Below the pieces are notes generated by a model, which was not told the origin of the DNA, searched no databases, and saw only the letters and a program-made list of their open reading frames with translations. The translations under genes were made by a program, and so were the position numbers. From an uncultured Methanomicrobiales archaeon (lineage in GTDB: Archaea; Halobacteriota; Methanomicrobia; Methanomicrobiales; Methanospirillaceae): DNA of 64,000 nucleotides. Where the stretch lies: assembly GCA_963758915.1 (NCBI GenBank), contig CAVWXH010000009.1, forward strand, positions 237,712 through 301,711, given 5' to 3'. Below, in pieces: positions 11,387-19,862 of the stretch. The number at the start of each line of letters is the position of its first letter. The stretch's first letter is position 1.

Positions 11387-12487
11387 TCACATTAATTTAA
11401 TTTCATTATCCGGAGCCGGTGCAACTGGCAGTACGAGCACGTGGTCTCTGGAGAATGACAACCGGACCGCATCGCCATTCTGAAATACAGGTTGCTCCTT
11501 GGTTTTTCTTGGAATCGTAACGCTCATTGGCAGAGGTCCTTCGACAGAGAGAGTACAGGTATAATCAGTGATTATCTGCGAGGCAACGGTCCCCTCAATA
11601 ATATTATCCTGGTCTTCCGGGACCCGGCCATTTTTATGGATAGCAATATCCCCGGCCCGGATGCAAACCACCACCCTGCTACCAGGGGGAAATATTTCCT
11701 CTGCGGTAATGGTTACCCCATGGACTTCGATAGAACTCATTCCAACGGTCTTTGCGTGGACAATTCCCTCAAAAATATTTTCAGTCCCGGCAATCACCGC
11801 GGCTCTCAGTGTTTTGGGATGTGAAAAAACATCAGTGGGACGACCGGTCTGAACGATAGAACCGTTGTCGATGAGTGCCACTTCATCTGCCAGGGAGTAT
11901 ACTTCATCCCGTGAATGGCTTACCTGGAGGATCGTAAGACCCTGGTCACGATGAAGGTCCCTCAGTCCCTGCATGCACTCCTCGCGGGAAACAGGGTCCA
12001 GGGCCGCAAAGGGCTCATCCAGGAGCAGTACAGTCGGATCTATTGCCAGGGCCCTGGCAAGGGCCACCCGTTGTTTTTCACCGCCACTTAACGTCGTGGG
12101 GAACCGGTCAGCCAGGTGGGATATCCCGAACTGTTGCAGCAACCCGCAGACTTTTTTATCCTGATCAGAGGGAGATTTTCCCTGCATTTTCATACCAAAT
12201 GCGACATTCTTAGTAACCGTGTAGTGGGGAAACAGGGAATAGTCCTGGTAGACAAACCCGATGTTTCGTTCTTCCGCACGGGCACCGGTGATATCACTAC
12301 CATCCAGGAGTACCCGCCCTGAACCAGGGACCTTCAGGCCTGCAATAATCTCGAGGATAAGGGTTTTTCCCGCACCGGACGGCCCCATCAGGAAATAATA
12401 CCTGCCTGATGTAACATCGAGGTTGATGTCATTGAGACTGAATACACCCCTTTGTAACGAGATATGTTCAAGCCCGATCATCAACAT
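11387..12487 (-). CDS. wtpC: Tungstate/molybdate ABC transporter ATP-binding subunit with TOBE domains
   Basis: GPSGAGKT, LSGGEKQR, LLLDEP, C-terminal TOBE-like region. Follows wtpA and wtpB. Confidence 0.9.
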   Translation of the reverse strand: MLMIGLEHISLQRGVFSLNDINLDVTSGRYYFLMGPSGAGKTLILEIIAGLKVPGSGRVLLDGSDITGARAEERNIGFVYQDYSLFPHYTVTKNVAFGMKMQGKSPSDQDKKVCGLLQQFGISHLADRFPTTLSGGEKQRVALARALAIDPTVLLLDEPFAALDPVSREECMQGLRDLHRDQGLTILQVSHSRDEVYSLADEVALIDNGSIVQTGRPTDVFSHPKTLRAAVIAGTENIFEGIVHAKTVGMSSIEVHGVTITAEEIFPPGSRVVVCIRAGDIAIHKNGRVPEDQDNIIEGTVASQIITDYTCTLSVEGPLPMSVTIPRKTKEQPVFQNGDAVRLSFSRDHVLVLPVAPAPDNEIKLM

Positions 12488-13295
12488 CCCCCTTTTTCTT
12501 CAGCAGTACCCTGAACAGGACGAATATTATCCCGCATATCACAATCATTACCAGTGCAACGCTCATGGCCTCCGAAAGCCCTCCGGAAGCGAACCGGTAA
12601 TAAATCAACGTCGATATTACCATCGGGAAGTAGGCAATCATGATGACAGCGGCAAATTCCCCGATCGCCCTTCCCCACGCGAGCAACGCCCCGTAAGAGA
12701 TATGGCGGGTGGACAGCGGGAGGACTATATGCCAGAATGCACGGAACCGTGAGGCACCAAGCGTTCTTGCGACATTCTCCAGCCGGACCGGGACCGTTTC
12801 AAATCCCTCGCGGACGGTGTTGACATAATAGGGAATTGCGACAAATACCATCGCGACCACTATTCCGGGATAGGCATCTTCGAATACGATTCCTACGTTA
12901 CCAAGCGGTGCTCCTATTATTCCCTGCGACATGAAGAGAAGATAGACCATGAGGCCTGCGACGGTATGCGGGAGGATCAGCGGTAAATCGATGATACTTT
13001 CAACCAGACCTTTACCCGGGAATGTACTTCTTGAGAGTGCGTAGGCGAGAGGGGTCCCGAACAGGATTAGAATTACCACGGCATTCAACCCTGCAACCAT
13101 AGTAATCCCCAGGGTGAGAAGAACAGAGGGATCGGTTACAACCCCTGCAAGATGAGCAGGGTTTGATAATTCAGGGATTGCAATGGAGAGGATGGCGAGG
13201 ACAATGAACAGTACAAGGAGCCCGCCGATTAACCAGAAACCAAGGATACTCCTGTCAAAGACACCTCGTTTCACGTTCAGGGGTGCTTTCTGCAT
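12468..13295 (-). CDS. wtpB: Tungstate/molybdate ABC transporter permease
   Basis: DLPLILPHTVAG, ENVARTLGAS (EAA loop), RAIGEF. Confidence 0.9.
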   Translation of the reverse strand: MQKAPLNVKRGVFDRSILGFWLIGGLLVLFIVLAILSIAIPELSNPAHLAGVVTDPSVLLTLGITMVAGLNAVVILILFGTPLAYALSRSTFPGKGLVESIIDLPLILPHTVAGLMVYLLFMSQGIIGAPLGNVGIVFEDAYPGIVVAMVFVAIPYYVNTVREGFETVPVRLENVARTLGASRFRAFWHIVLPLSTRHISYGALLAWGRAIGEFAAVIMIAYFPMVISTLIYYRFASGGLSEAMSVALVMIVICGIIFVLFRVLLKKKGDVDDRA

Positions 13296-13299
13296 GGGG

Positions 13300-14328
13300 C
13301 TACTCCCGGATGATTTCTGTCTTGTTTAACGGGGCTGGCCATCCCGGTCTCCCCTTCCGGGCTTCACTCGCGATGTAGTCCACAAATTCCTTCGCAATTT
13401 CCGGGTGGGAAGCACTATAGGGTATCGTGACTGCGTAGACAATCGGTACTCCTACCCGCTCGGTTCCAATCGAGCTGAACCGCTGGAACCCGAGAATAAC
13501 AGTTACATTGCGATAGTTTCTGGCATACTCAGGTGATCCAAGATGGATGGATGACGGAAGACGTATCCACCGGAGGTTCTTCCCTTCCGCCACGCTGCGG
13601 TATTCGAAGGCATAATCGATACCTCCAGTCTCCAGAAGAGAAAGGAGGAAGATACTCCCGTCCCGGACAACCACGTGATCATCCGAAGGTTTCACAATCT
13701 CGGGGAGTATAATTGTCGTAACCTGGCCAACGGTCGTGACCGGTAGCGGTGGATCAAAATGGTCACCGATAAGAGTCCCGAATAGTTTACTGGTGTGGTA
13801 TTCGTTTTCTGCCAGCTTTGCGACCATCAATGCGCGATACCCGGCGGCGTCAAGCATCGGGTTTGATAGTCCCACCTTCACATCAGGCCGTGAGAGGACC
13901 ACGTACCAGTTTTCCTCCGTAATTTCACTTGCATACCTGCTCTTGTTGGTGAAGGCGATGACCATCTCGTTTCCACCAAACGGCAGGTACCAGTCGGTGT
14001 AGTTGCGTCCGTCCCCCCCGGCTTTCCTGTACATCAGGTCCGGTATCAGGGACTCATCCGCTACGGCAATCACGTCCCCTGGGCGGTGCAGGTCCGTAAC
14101 CTGCCGGATGACCTGGATACTCCCATGCGGTTCCAGCTGGACATCGACATCGGGGTGAAGGGCTTCAAATTCTTTCTCGGCCTCCCCGAACGGGATGACA
14201 AGGCTCCCGGCACAATAGACTTTCAGGGGGACCTTCTCCTTCGCCGTCCCGGTACACCCTGCCGTCCATGTAACAAGAACGACGATAATTGCGAGGATAA
14301 GGATCCAGGACATGGATAACGCCTTCAT
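13300..14328 (-). CDS. wtpA: WtpA-type tungstate/molybdate-binding lipoprotein
   Basis: Lipobox AGC, AGSL, GSIQVIRQVTD, DVIAVAD, SNPMLDAAGYR, GGIDYAFEY. Likely start is ATG 14328. Confidence 0.9.
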   Translation of the reverse strand: MKALSMSWILILAIIVVLVTWTAGCTGTAKEKVPLKVYCAGSLVIPFGEAEKEFEALHPDVDVQLEPHGSIQVIRQVTDLHRPGDVIAVADESLIPDLMYRKAGGDGRNYTDWYLPFGGNEMVIAFTNKSRYASEITEENWYVVLSRPDVKVGLSNPMLDAAGYRALMVAKLAENEYHTSKLFGTLIGDHFDPPLPVTTVGQVTTIILPEIVKPSDDHVVVRDGSIFLLSLLETGGIDYAFEYRSVAEGKNLRWIRLPSSIHLGSPEYARNYRNVTVILGFQRFSSIGTERVGVPIVYAVTIPYSASHPEIAKEFVDYIASEARKGRPGWPAPLNKTEIIRE

Positions 14329-14912
14329 TTCCGGTGGACTTCGATTCGGTCTACCCATTTGACCCAGGCACTTCCTTCTGTGACGATCCCAGGCGAGTCC
14401 GAAACGATTGCGACCCTCGCCGGCCCCCCGTCGTTGTATGTGACGGGTTTTCCATCCTGCTCGTACATGAGGATGACCTTCAGCGGCGGGGACGGGACTT
14501 CACGGAGTGACTCGTTGAACGTAACAAACCCTTTTCCGTTGAGTTGTCCCGCATCGAAGACCCAGAGGTACCCATCTGGTGCATACACCCATACCTGGTC
14601 TTTTTCACCGATCCCGCCAACAAGTGCCGCAAGATCACGGAGGTCCACACCTTTACAGGTATAGGGTCCGAACCGGATCCCGGTTGTGGAGACGGCGTAC
14701 CCATTGGCCGTGACTGCTGGGAGTGCCTGAAGATCTGAAAGTGTCAGCACTTTTTCAGTCGTGCCATTGAGGGTGAGATGCCAGTTGCTGATTGAGGGAT
14801 CTTCTGCCGGTATGGATTTGCCGATAGCGTTTCCGGTACACCCTGACGTAAGGACAAGGCCCATGCAAAGGCAGGCGATCACGAGGAAACCCAGGATCTT
14901 CTGTCCGGGCAT
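14325..14912 (-). CDS. Lipoprotein with molybdopterin-dependent oxidoreductase (SUOX-like) fold
   Basis: Lipobox SGC, WHLTLNG...LTLSDLQALP, KGVDLRDL, APDGY, ILMYEQDG...GGPAR, WVKWVDRIEV. Overlaps the wtpA start. Confidence 0.8.
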   Translation of the reverse strand: MPGQKILGFLVIACLCMGLVLTSGCTGNAIGKSIPAEDPSISNWHLTLNGTTEKVLTLSDLQALPAVTANGYAVSTTGIRFGPYTCKGVDLRDLAALVGGIGEKDQVWVYAPDGYLWVFDAGQLNGKGFVTFNESLREVPSPPLKVILMYEQDGKPVTYNDGGPARVAIVSDSPGIVTEGSAWVKWVDRIEVHRK

Positions 14913-15832
14913 CAGAATCTCCTCCTCATGAACAGGATGCCGGTAATAATGAGAGCCGACGGGACGAGCAGGAGGGAGGAGGGGCTTTTATTCGTTGGGG
15001 GGGCAGGATATGTTTCGTCCATTTTCGAACTAAACGATTTTGGCAGGAGATCTGTTGAACCTTGATAACCCCCTTTGTATACCCGGACTTCATCCACCCA
15101 CTTGACGGTATACCCGCTTGTCGAAGGATAGAGATTTTCGAACAGGTGAATTGATTCGGGCGGCATTACTGCACGCATGTCCTGGTTGCCGAACACATGT
15201 TTCCTGCCCGGGTTTGTTGAATTATCGGCAAAGAACACGAGTCGCATCCCTACATAATAGTCTGGAGGGTACCCGGTTCCCTGCCGTTCCCCTATCGTCG
15301 ATTCATTACCGTTGAACCAGGTGACGGTGACAGGACCCTGCCGGGGTTCCGGTTGGTAAATGTTTTGGTAATCAAGTTCCACATGGTAACCGTCACCGGA
15401 TTTTATCATAACCTGGTCTCCGGGGGCCATTCCCCCGACCAGGTCACAGAGGTCTTTTACCGCTGTCCCTTTGACTGCCCCCATATCCTTGAAATTCGTA
15501 GTCTCGTTGGTATCCCATTGTGCTTCCTTTGATTCTACAAAGACCGGGCCCTGGTGATAGTAATGGGTGACCCCGTCACCCTGCACAGGGAGGTGGGACT
15601 CCATCCACCGGGTACTGACCGTCGTCTCATTGACGACCATCGTCCCGTTATCCGCCATTTTTATTACATGGAGCGAAGAGGTCGGTTCACCCGCAACCGG
15701 GAATACGAGGATTGCGATTCCAGCGAGGAGAATCAGCAATAGGAGGACCCCGGTCCCATTACATCTCCCATGCAGGGAAATCGAACGATTCCGGACGATA
15801 TTTGCAGGTAATTGTAGTGATCTATGAGGCAT
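14912..15832 (-). CDS. Surface protein with 'KMADNG...WMESHLPVQGDG' domain and C-terminal sorting/anchor signal
   Basis: Signal-like helix, HYYHQGPVF, KDMGAVKG..V.DLCDLVGGM, SGDGY, GMRLVF, VKWVDEVRV. Tail KSP + TM + RRR. Confidence 0.8.
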   Translation of the reverse strand: MPHRSLQLPANIVRNRSISLHGRCNGTGVLLLLILLAGIAILVFPVAGEPTSSLHVIKMADNGTMVVNETTVSTRWMESHLPVQGDGVTHYYHQGPVFVESKEAQWDTNETTNFKDMGAVKGTAVKDLCDLVGGMAPGDQVMIKSGDGYHVELDYQNIYQPEPRQGPVTVTWFNGNESTIGERQGTGYPPDYYVGMRLVFFADNSTNPGRKHVFGNQDMRAVMPPESIHLFENLYPSTSGYTVKWVDEVRVYKGGYQGSTDLLPKSFSSKMDETYPAPPTNKSPSSLLLVPSALIITGILFMRRRF

Positions 15833-15833
15833 G

Positions 15834-16703
15834 TTATCGTCTCCCCGATGCGAAAAACAGGGTAATCCCAAGTGCGGCCAGGACGAGAGGCAATCCAAAA
15901 CCGGGAGCCTTTCCCGGTGTACCATGACTTGTCGCGGCTGGTTGTGAGGGTTGCCCCGCCTGGTAAATCGTTACCTCTGAAATAGACTGTACTGAAAGAC
16001 CGGTTGTGGTCGGGTACTGCTCATTTCCCTGTGTGTAATAGTACCAGTATTCCGGGGAAGCAGAATCATGCCAGTCCTGGTTCCCAAAAGCGTGAAGTCC
16101 CCATGGATTGGTGGAAGTGTCAGCCAAAAAAACGAGACGCATTCCGGTGGTATAGTTTGGTACATATCCTTCGTCTGACCGGTACCAGGTAAGGACCATC
16201 GGGCCCTGTGATGATGAGTAATTATAGACATTCTCATAGGCAAATGTACGAGAAAACCCATCAGATGCTTTTAGCCGCAGGGTATCCCCCTGGCCCATTC
16301 CCCCGATGAGCTCGCAGAGGTCCCTGATATCGGTCCCTTTTACTGCACCCATATCCTTTTCTTTGACGTTTTTATTCTCTTCGGGGTTCCAGCGCAGGAC
16401 TTCCTCAACAGCAGGGTCTGCATTATCAACGAACACCGGCCCCTGGTGATAATAGTGGACGACACCATCTCCCTGTACGGGCAGGTTCTGTTCCATCCAG
16501 AGGTAATCCAGGTTTTTTTCGGCAAGGACGGTCTTTCCATCAGCTCCTATTTTCTGGAGATGGAGGCTTGTGGTTGAAGCGGACACCCCTTGTGTGATCA
16601 GTAAAAATACGACGAGAAAGACCAGGGCGTGAGTATAGTTCCTACCGGACCTTACTATGAAAAAATTATCGTTTTGAGAAGATTTTGTAATTTGGACTAG
16701 CAC
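15834..16703 (-). CDS. Surface protein with the same domain and a PGF-CTERM archaeosortase signal
   Basis: GGAGGT before the GTG start, WMEQNLPVQGDG.HYYHQGPVF, tail APGFGLPLVLAALGITLFFASGRR. Confidence 0.85.
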   Translation of the reverse strand: MLVQITKSSQNDNFFIVRSGRNYTHALVFLVVFLLITQGVSASTTSLHLQKIGADGKTVLAEKNLDYLWMEQNLPVQGDGVVHYYHQGPVFVDNADPAVEEVLRWNPEENKNVKEKDMGAVKGTDIRDLCELIGGMGQGDTLRLKASDGFSRTFAYENVYNYSSSQGPMVLTWYRSDEGYVPNYTTGMRLVFLADTSTNPWGLHAFGNQDWHDSASPEYWYYYTQGNEQYPTTTGLSVQSISEVTIYQAGQPSQPAATSHGTPGKAPGFGLPLVLAALGITLFFASGRR

Positions 16704-16978
16704 AGTATTATTAGACCTCCATGGATTGAGTGGAAGGGTATGTGCTGTACGATCTCACAGGTACTTTGAAAAATATTGCTATTTTATTTTATTATTTAAT
16801 CAGATTAAGTTAATTTAGTTAATTTCAACTAATTCCACTCACCTGGGTATTTCAGTCAACCCTTAAGGTGGTCATGGACTTTGGGTGGACGGAAAAGACT
16901 GACTGACGGGGATGAAGTCAGTGAGACTAGGGGCCTGAACGAAGGGAATCTGCCAGCAACCGCCTTGTCTCTAGTTCA

Positions 16979-18421
16979 TCACCACCCGAGGAACAGGGTC
17001 TTTGTCCTGGTGTACCCCTCTAATGCCCTGTAACCATTTTCCCGTCCGGTCCCGCTTTCCTTTGTCCCTCCAAATGGAATTTCCGGCGGTACCGTCAGAT
17101 GGCGGTTTACCCAGACAATACCGGCGTGCACATCCTGGAAGACCTTCCTTACGGTTGCAAGGTCACTTGTCCACACCGAGGCCCCAAGCCCATAGGGGCT
17201 GCGGTTCGCCTGTGAAATGGCAGTATCGAGGTCAGAAAACACCACGACAGGGAGGACAGGGCCAAATATCTCCCCGGTTAACAGGGACGAGTCCTCTGCA
17301 ACGTCCCCAACCAGGGTTGGTTCAAAGAAATACCCGTTATCATACCCCGCACCCGTTAGCGGACTTCCACCGGTGAGAATAGTACCTTCCGCGTTCTCCT
17401 TTACAGATTTCATAATCCCTGACAGGGTATCATACTGCTGCCGGTTGTTCAGGGGACCCATTTCCACCTGGGGATCAAGCCCGTTCCCCACATGAAGCGA
17501 TTCAACACGCCCTTTTAACTGGCGGATAAATGATTCGGCAATATCCCTGTGCACGAAAAGACGTTTTACCGCGGTGCATACCTGTCCTGCATTGTAGAAA
17601 CGTCCCCGTAATGCACCCTCAACCGCTTTCGGCACATTGGCATCATTCATGACGATCATCGGGTCAGATCCGCCAAGTTCCAGGAGCAGGTCTTTGTTAT
17701 GTGACCCTGCAAGTTCCCTGATGCGGCACCCGGTCGCACAACTGCCGGTGAACGAGACTTTTTGTATCGATGGATGGGTAATGATCGCTTCACCGGCAGA
17801 ACCACCACTTCCTGTCACTATATTCAATACCCCGGGTGGGAGTCCTGCTTCCTCAAGGATTTTAGAGAGTGCGAGGACTGTCAGGGGGGCCGTAGAGGAA
17901 GGTTTCATGACCATGGTATTTCCGGCGAGTAATGCCGGAGCAGTCTTCCAGCCCATAATGAGGACGGGCATGTTCCAGGGGATGACAGCCCCGCAAACCC
18001 CAAGGGGCTCATTCATTACCATGCAGTCGCCCTGGCTGCCCAGGCGTACTGCCTCTCCCGCAGGCTGCGATGAGAGCCCGGCGTAAAATTCAAGGATATT
18101 ACAAAAGCCCCTGACCTCATCGGTGGCCTCACGGAGAGGTTTTCCCTGTTCCATGGTAAGAAGTCGTGCGAAGCGCTTATGATCATCCCTGACCATTGTT
18201 GCTGCGCGGAAAAGAAGGGCTCCACGTTCCCGCATGGTTTTTTCTGACCATTTCAGAAAGGCTGATTCTGCAGAATCAACTGCCACATTTACATCTTCAG
18301 ATGTTCCATCCGGGATGGTATCGATTACCTCACCAGTCGCCGGATTTAACACATCCCGCCATTTATCGCTGGCTGAAGGGACTTCCGCTCCATTTATGTG
18401 CATGTACATTTTCAGAGACAC
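16979..18421 (-). CDS. NAD(P)-dependent aldehyde dehydrogenase family protein
   Basis: IPWN, FTGS, LELGG, NAGQVC, EIFGP, PFGGTKESG. Confidence 0.92.
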   Translation of the reverse strand: MSLKMYMHINGAEVPSASDKWRDVLNPATGEVIDTIPDGTSEDVNVAVDSAESAFLKWSEKTMRERGALLFRAATMVRDDHKRFARLLTMEQGKPLREATDEVRGFCNILEFYAGLSSQPAGEAVRLGSQGDCMVMNEPLGVCGAVIPWNMPVLIMGWKTAPALLAGNTMVMKPSSTAPLTVLALSKILEEAGLPPGVLNIVTGSGGSAGEAIITHPSIQKVSFTGSCATGCRIRELAGSHNKDLLLELGGSDPMIVMNDANVPKAVEGALRGRFYNAGQVCTAVKRLFVHRDIAESFIRQLKGRVESLHVGNGLDPQVEMGPLNNRQQYDTLSGIMKSVKENAEGTILTGGSPLTGAGYDNGYFFEPTLVGDVAEDSSLLTGEIFGPVLPVVVFSDLDTAISQANRSPYGLGASVWTSDLATVRKVFQDVHAGIVWVNRHLTVPPEIPFGGTKESGTGRENGYRALEGYTRTKTLFLGW

Positions 18422-18697
18422 CCCTGGTGTTGATTTGATTGTTGGTGACTATAATTACAATCGTGAACTACTGATCAGGCAGAGAATTACTGCTCATATG
18501 AAACGCTATGCTGATAGATAAGCACCCAATGGTAAGAAGTCGTTGTTATACCATAATACCGCCCTTTGCCCTGGACGAATATCAGAACTCCTGATTACCG
18601 GGCGTAGAAAATAAAAATGGCAAGATGCCCGGGATAGGACTATTTTCACGGATAAACGACAAGCATTGAGGTCTTATGAATACCCGGGGAAGAGGGG

Positions 18698-19568
18698 TTA
18701 ATCAATACCCTGCAGGACTAGCCCAAGGGGTGTAACGAACTCCTTCAATTCCCGGAATACCTGGGAGATAGCAACAATTCCCGGCCTGTAACCGGAGGAT
18801 ATTGCAGTTATGTAAATCTCCTCCGGACCTGGGGGGATCAACCGGTTCCGCACCGATACCGAAGTAAGAACATTAGCACCGGCAATAGTCCGTTCCCTGT
18901 GAATGGCGCCGGTAATTGCAACAAGTTTTTCATACCACCCTTCGCACGGTTCATCATTGAAACTGATTCCTGCAGTTAACGACACAATAACCCCACGATT
19001 ATCGCCGGCAATGCCAGGAAGTTTCTCCGATCTCCCGGTTTTCAATTTGTTCCCCTGGCAGGTGTTATAATCTTTAGTACAGTGTGCACATTCCGGAGGG
19101 ACTGAATTCTTTTCCATCCATTGAGCCCGGATCTTCTTTTCCTGGCCCATTTTTAGTTTGTATCTCCGGGAAAACAGAAAGGCCATTGATGACCTGGTCG
19201 ACAGAGGGGTCCGCCATCAGTGCATTTGGAGCCGGAAGGTCACCGAACACGATACAGGGGATTTCTACTGATTTGAAACCCTCAATAATTACGAAGTCCA
19301 TGCCAAGGTCTGCCAGGCGACCAAGTGCGTGAAACAGGTCAGGGTCCCGGAGAAGGATGACAGATTTTTCGCTATCAATACCTTCGGAAATATTCACACC
19401 GGATTCAAAGAACAGCGTGGTATCCTTTCCTTCCGGAAGAGCGTAGGTATGGTGCCCGAGGTGCTTGATGGTCGCAACAGTCCCCATTTTTCGCAATTCA
19501 ACAACCAGCCGGGTAATGAATGTTGTTTTACCCGAACCAGAATGTCCGACAATATGAAGCACTTTCAA
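18698..19568 (-). CDS. mobB: MobB (molybdopterin-guanine dinucleotide biosynthesis protein B) with degenerate MoaE-like C-terminal domain (frameshift near 19145)
   Basis: GHSGSGKTT, ATIKH..H, GKDT, IIEGFK. The downstream frame 18698..19186 continues the protein. Confidence 0.75.
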
Positions 19569-19752
19569 CAGGGATCCGCTCCTACCATATTCTTTACTAA
19601 TAATACATTTGAAGAGTAAAAAACCCACATGACGCAAACAGGGTAGAATCAATTACCCGCCTTCTGGAATTGCGAAATAATAGTGAAATTATGGTAGCCT
19701 GACATCCGGTATCTACGAATTGTTGTCCTGAAGGCACCGTGTATTGCCTTAC

Positions 19753-19798
19753 CAACTGATACCTCAACTGATACTCCAATTGGTATACAACTGGTTTA
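19753..19798. promoter_or_regulatory. Tandem direct repeats (CAACTGRTW), candidate operator between divergent mobB and tupA
   Basis: CAACTGATACCT-CAACTGATACTC-CAATTGGTATA-CAACTGGTTTA at 12/12/11-bp spacing. Confidence 0.6.
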
Positions 19799-19862
19799 CA
19801 TTTTCATAATGTTAAATGAAAACATTCATATCACGTCATCGGTAAGTTTTACTGATCGTACT

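Noticed and set aside
19753-19798. Possible mini-CRISPR or microsatellite
   Set aside because: Units are 11-12 bp with no spacers and no cas genes. Better explained as an operator.
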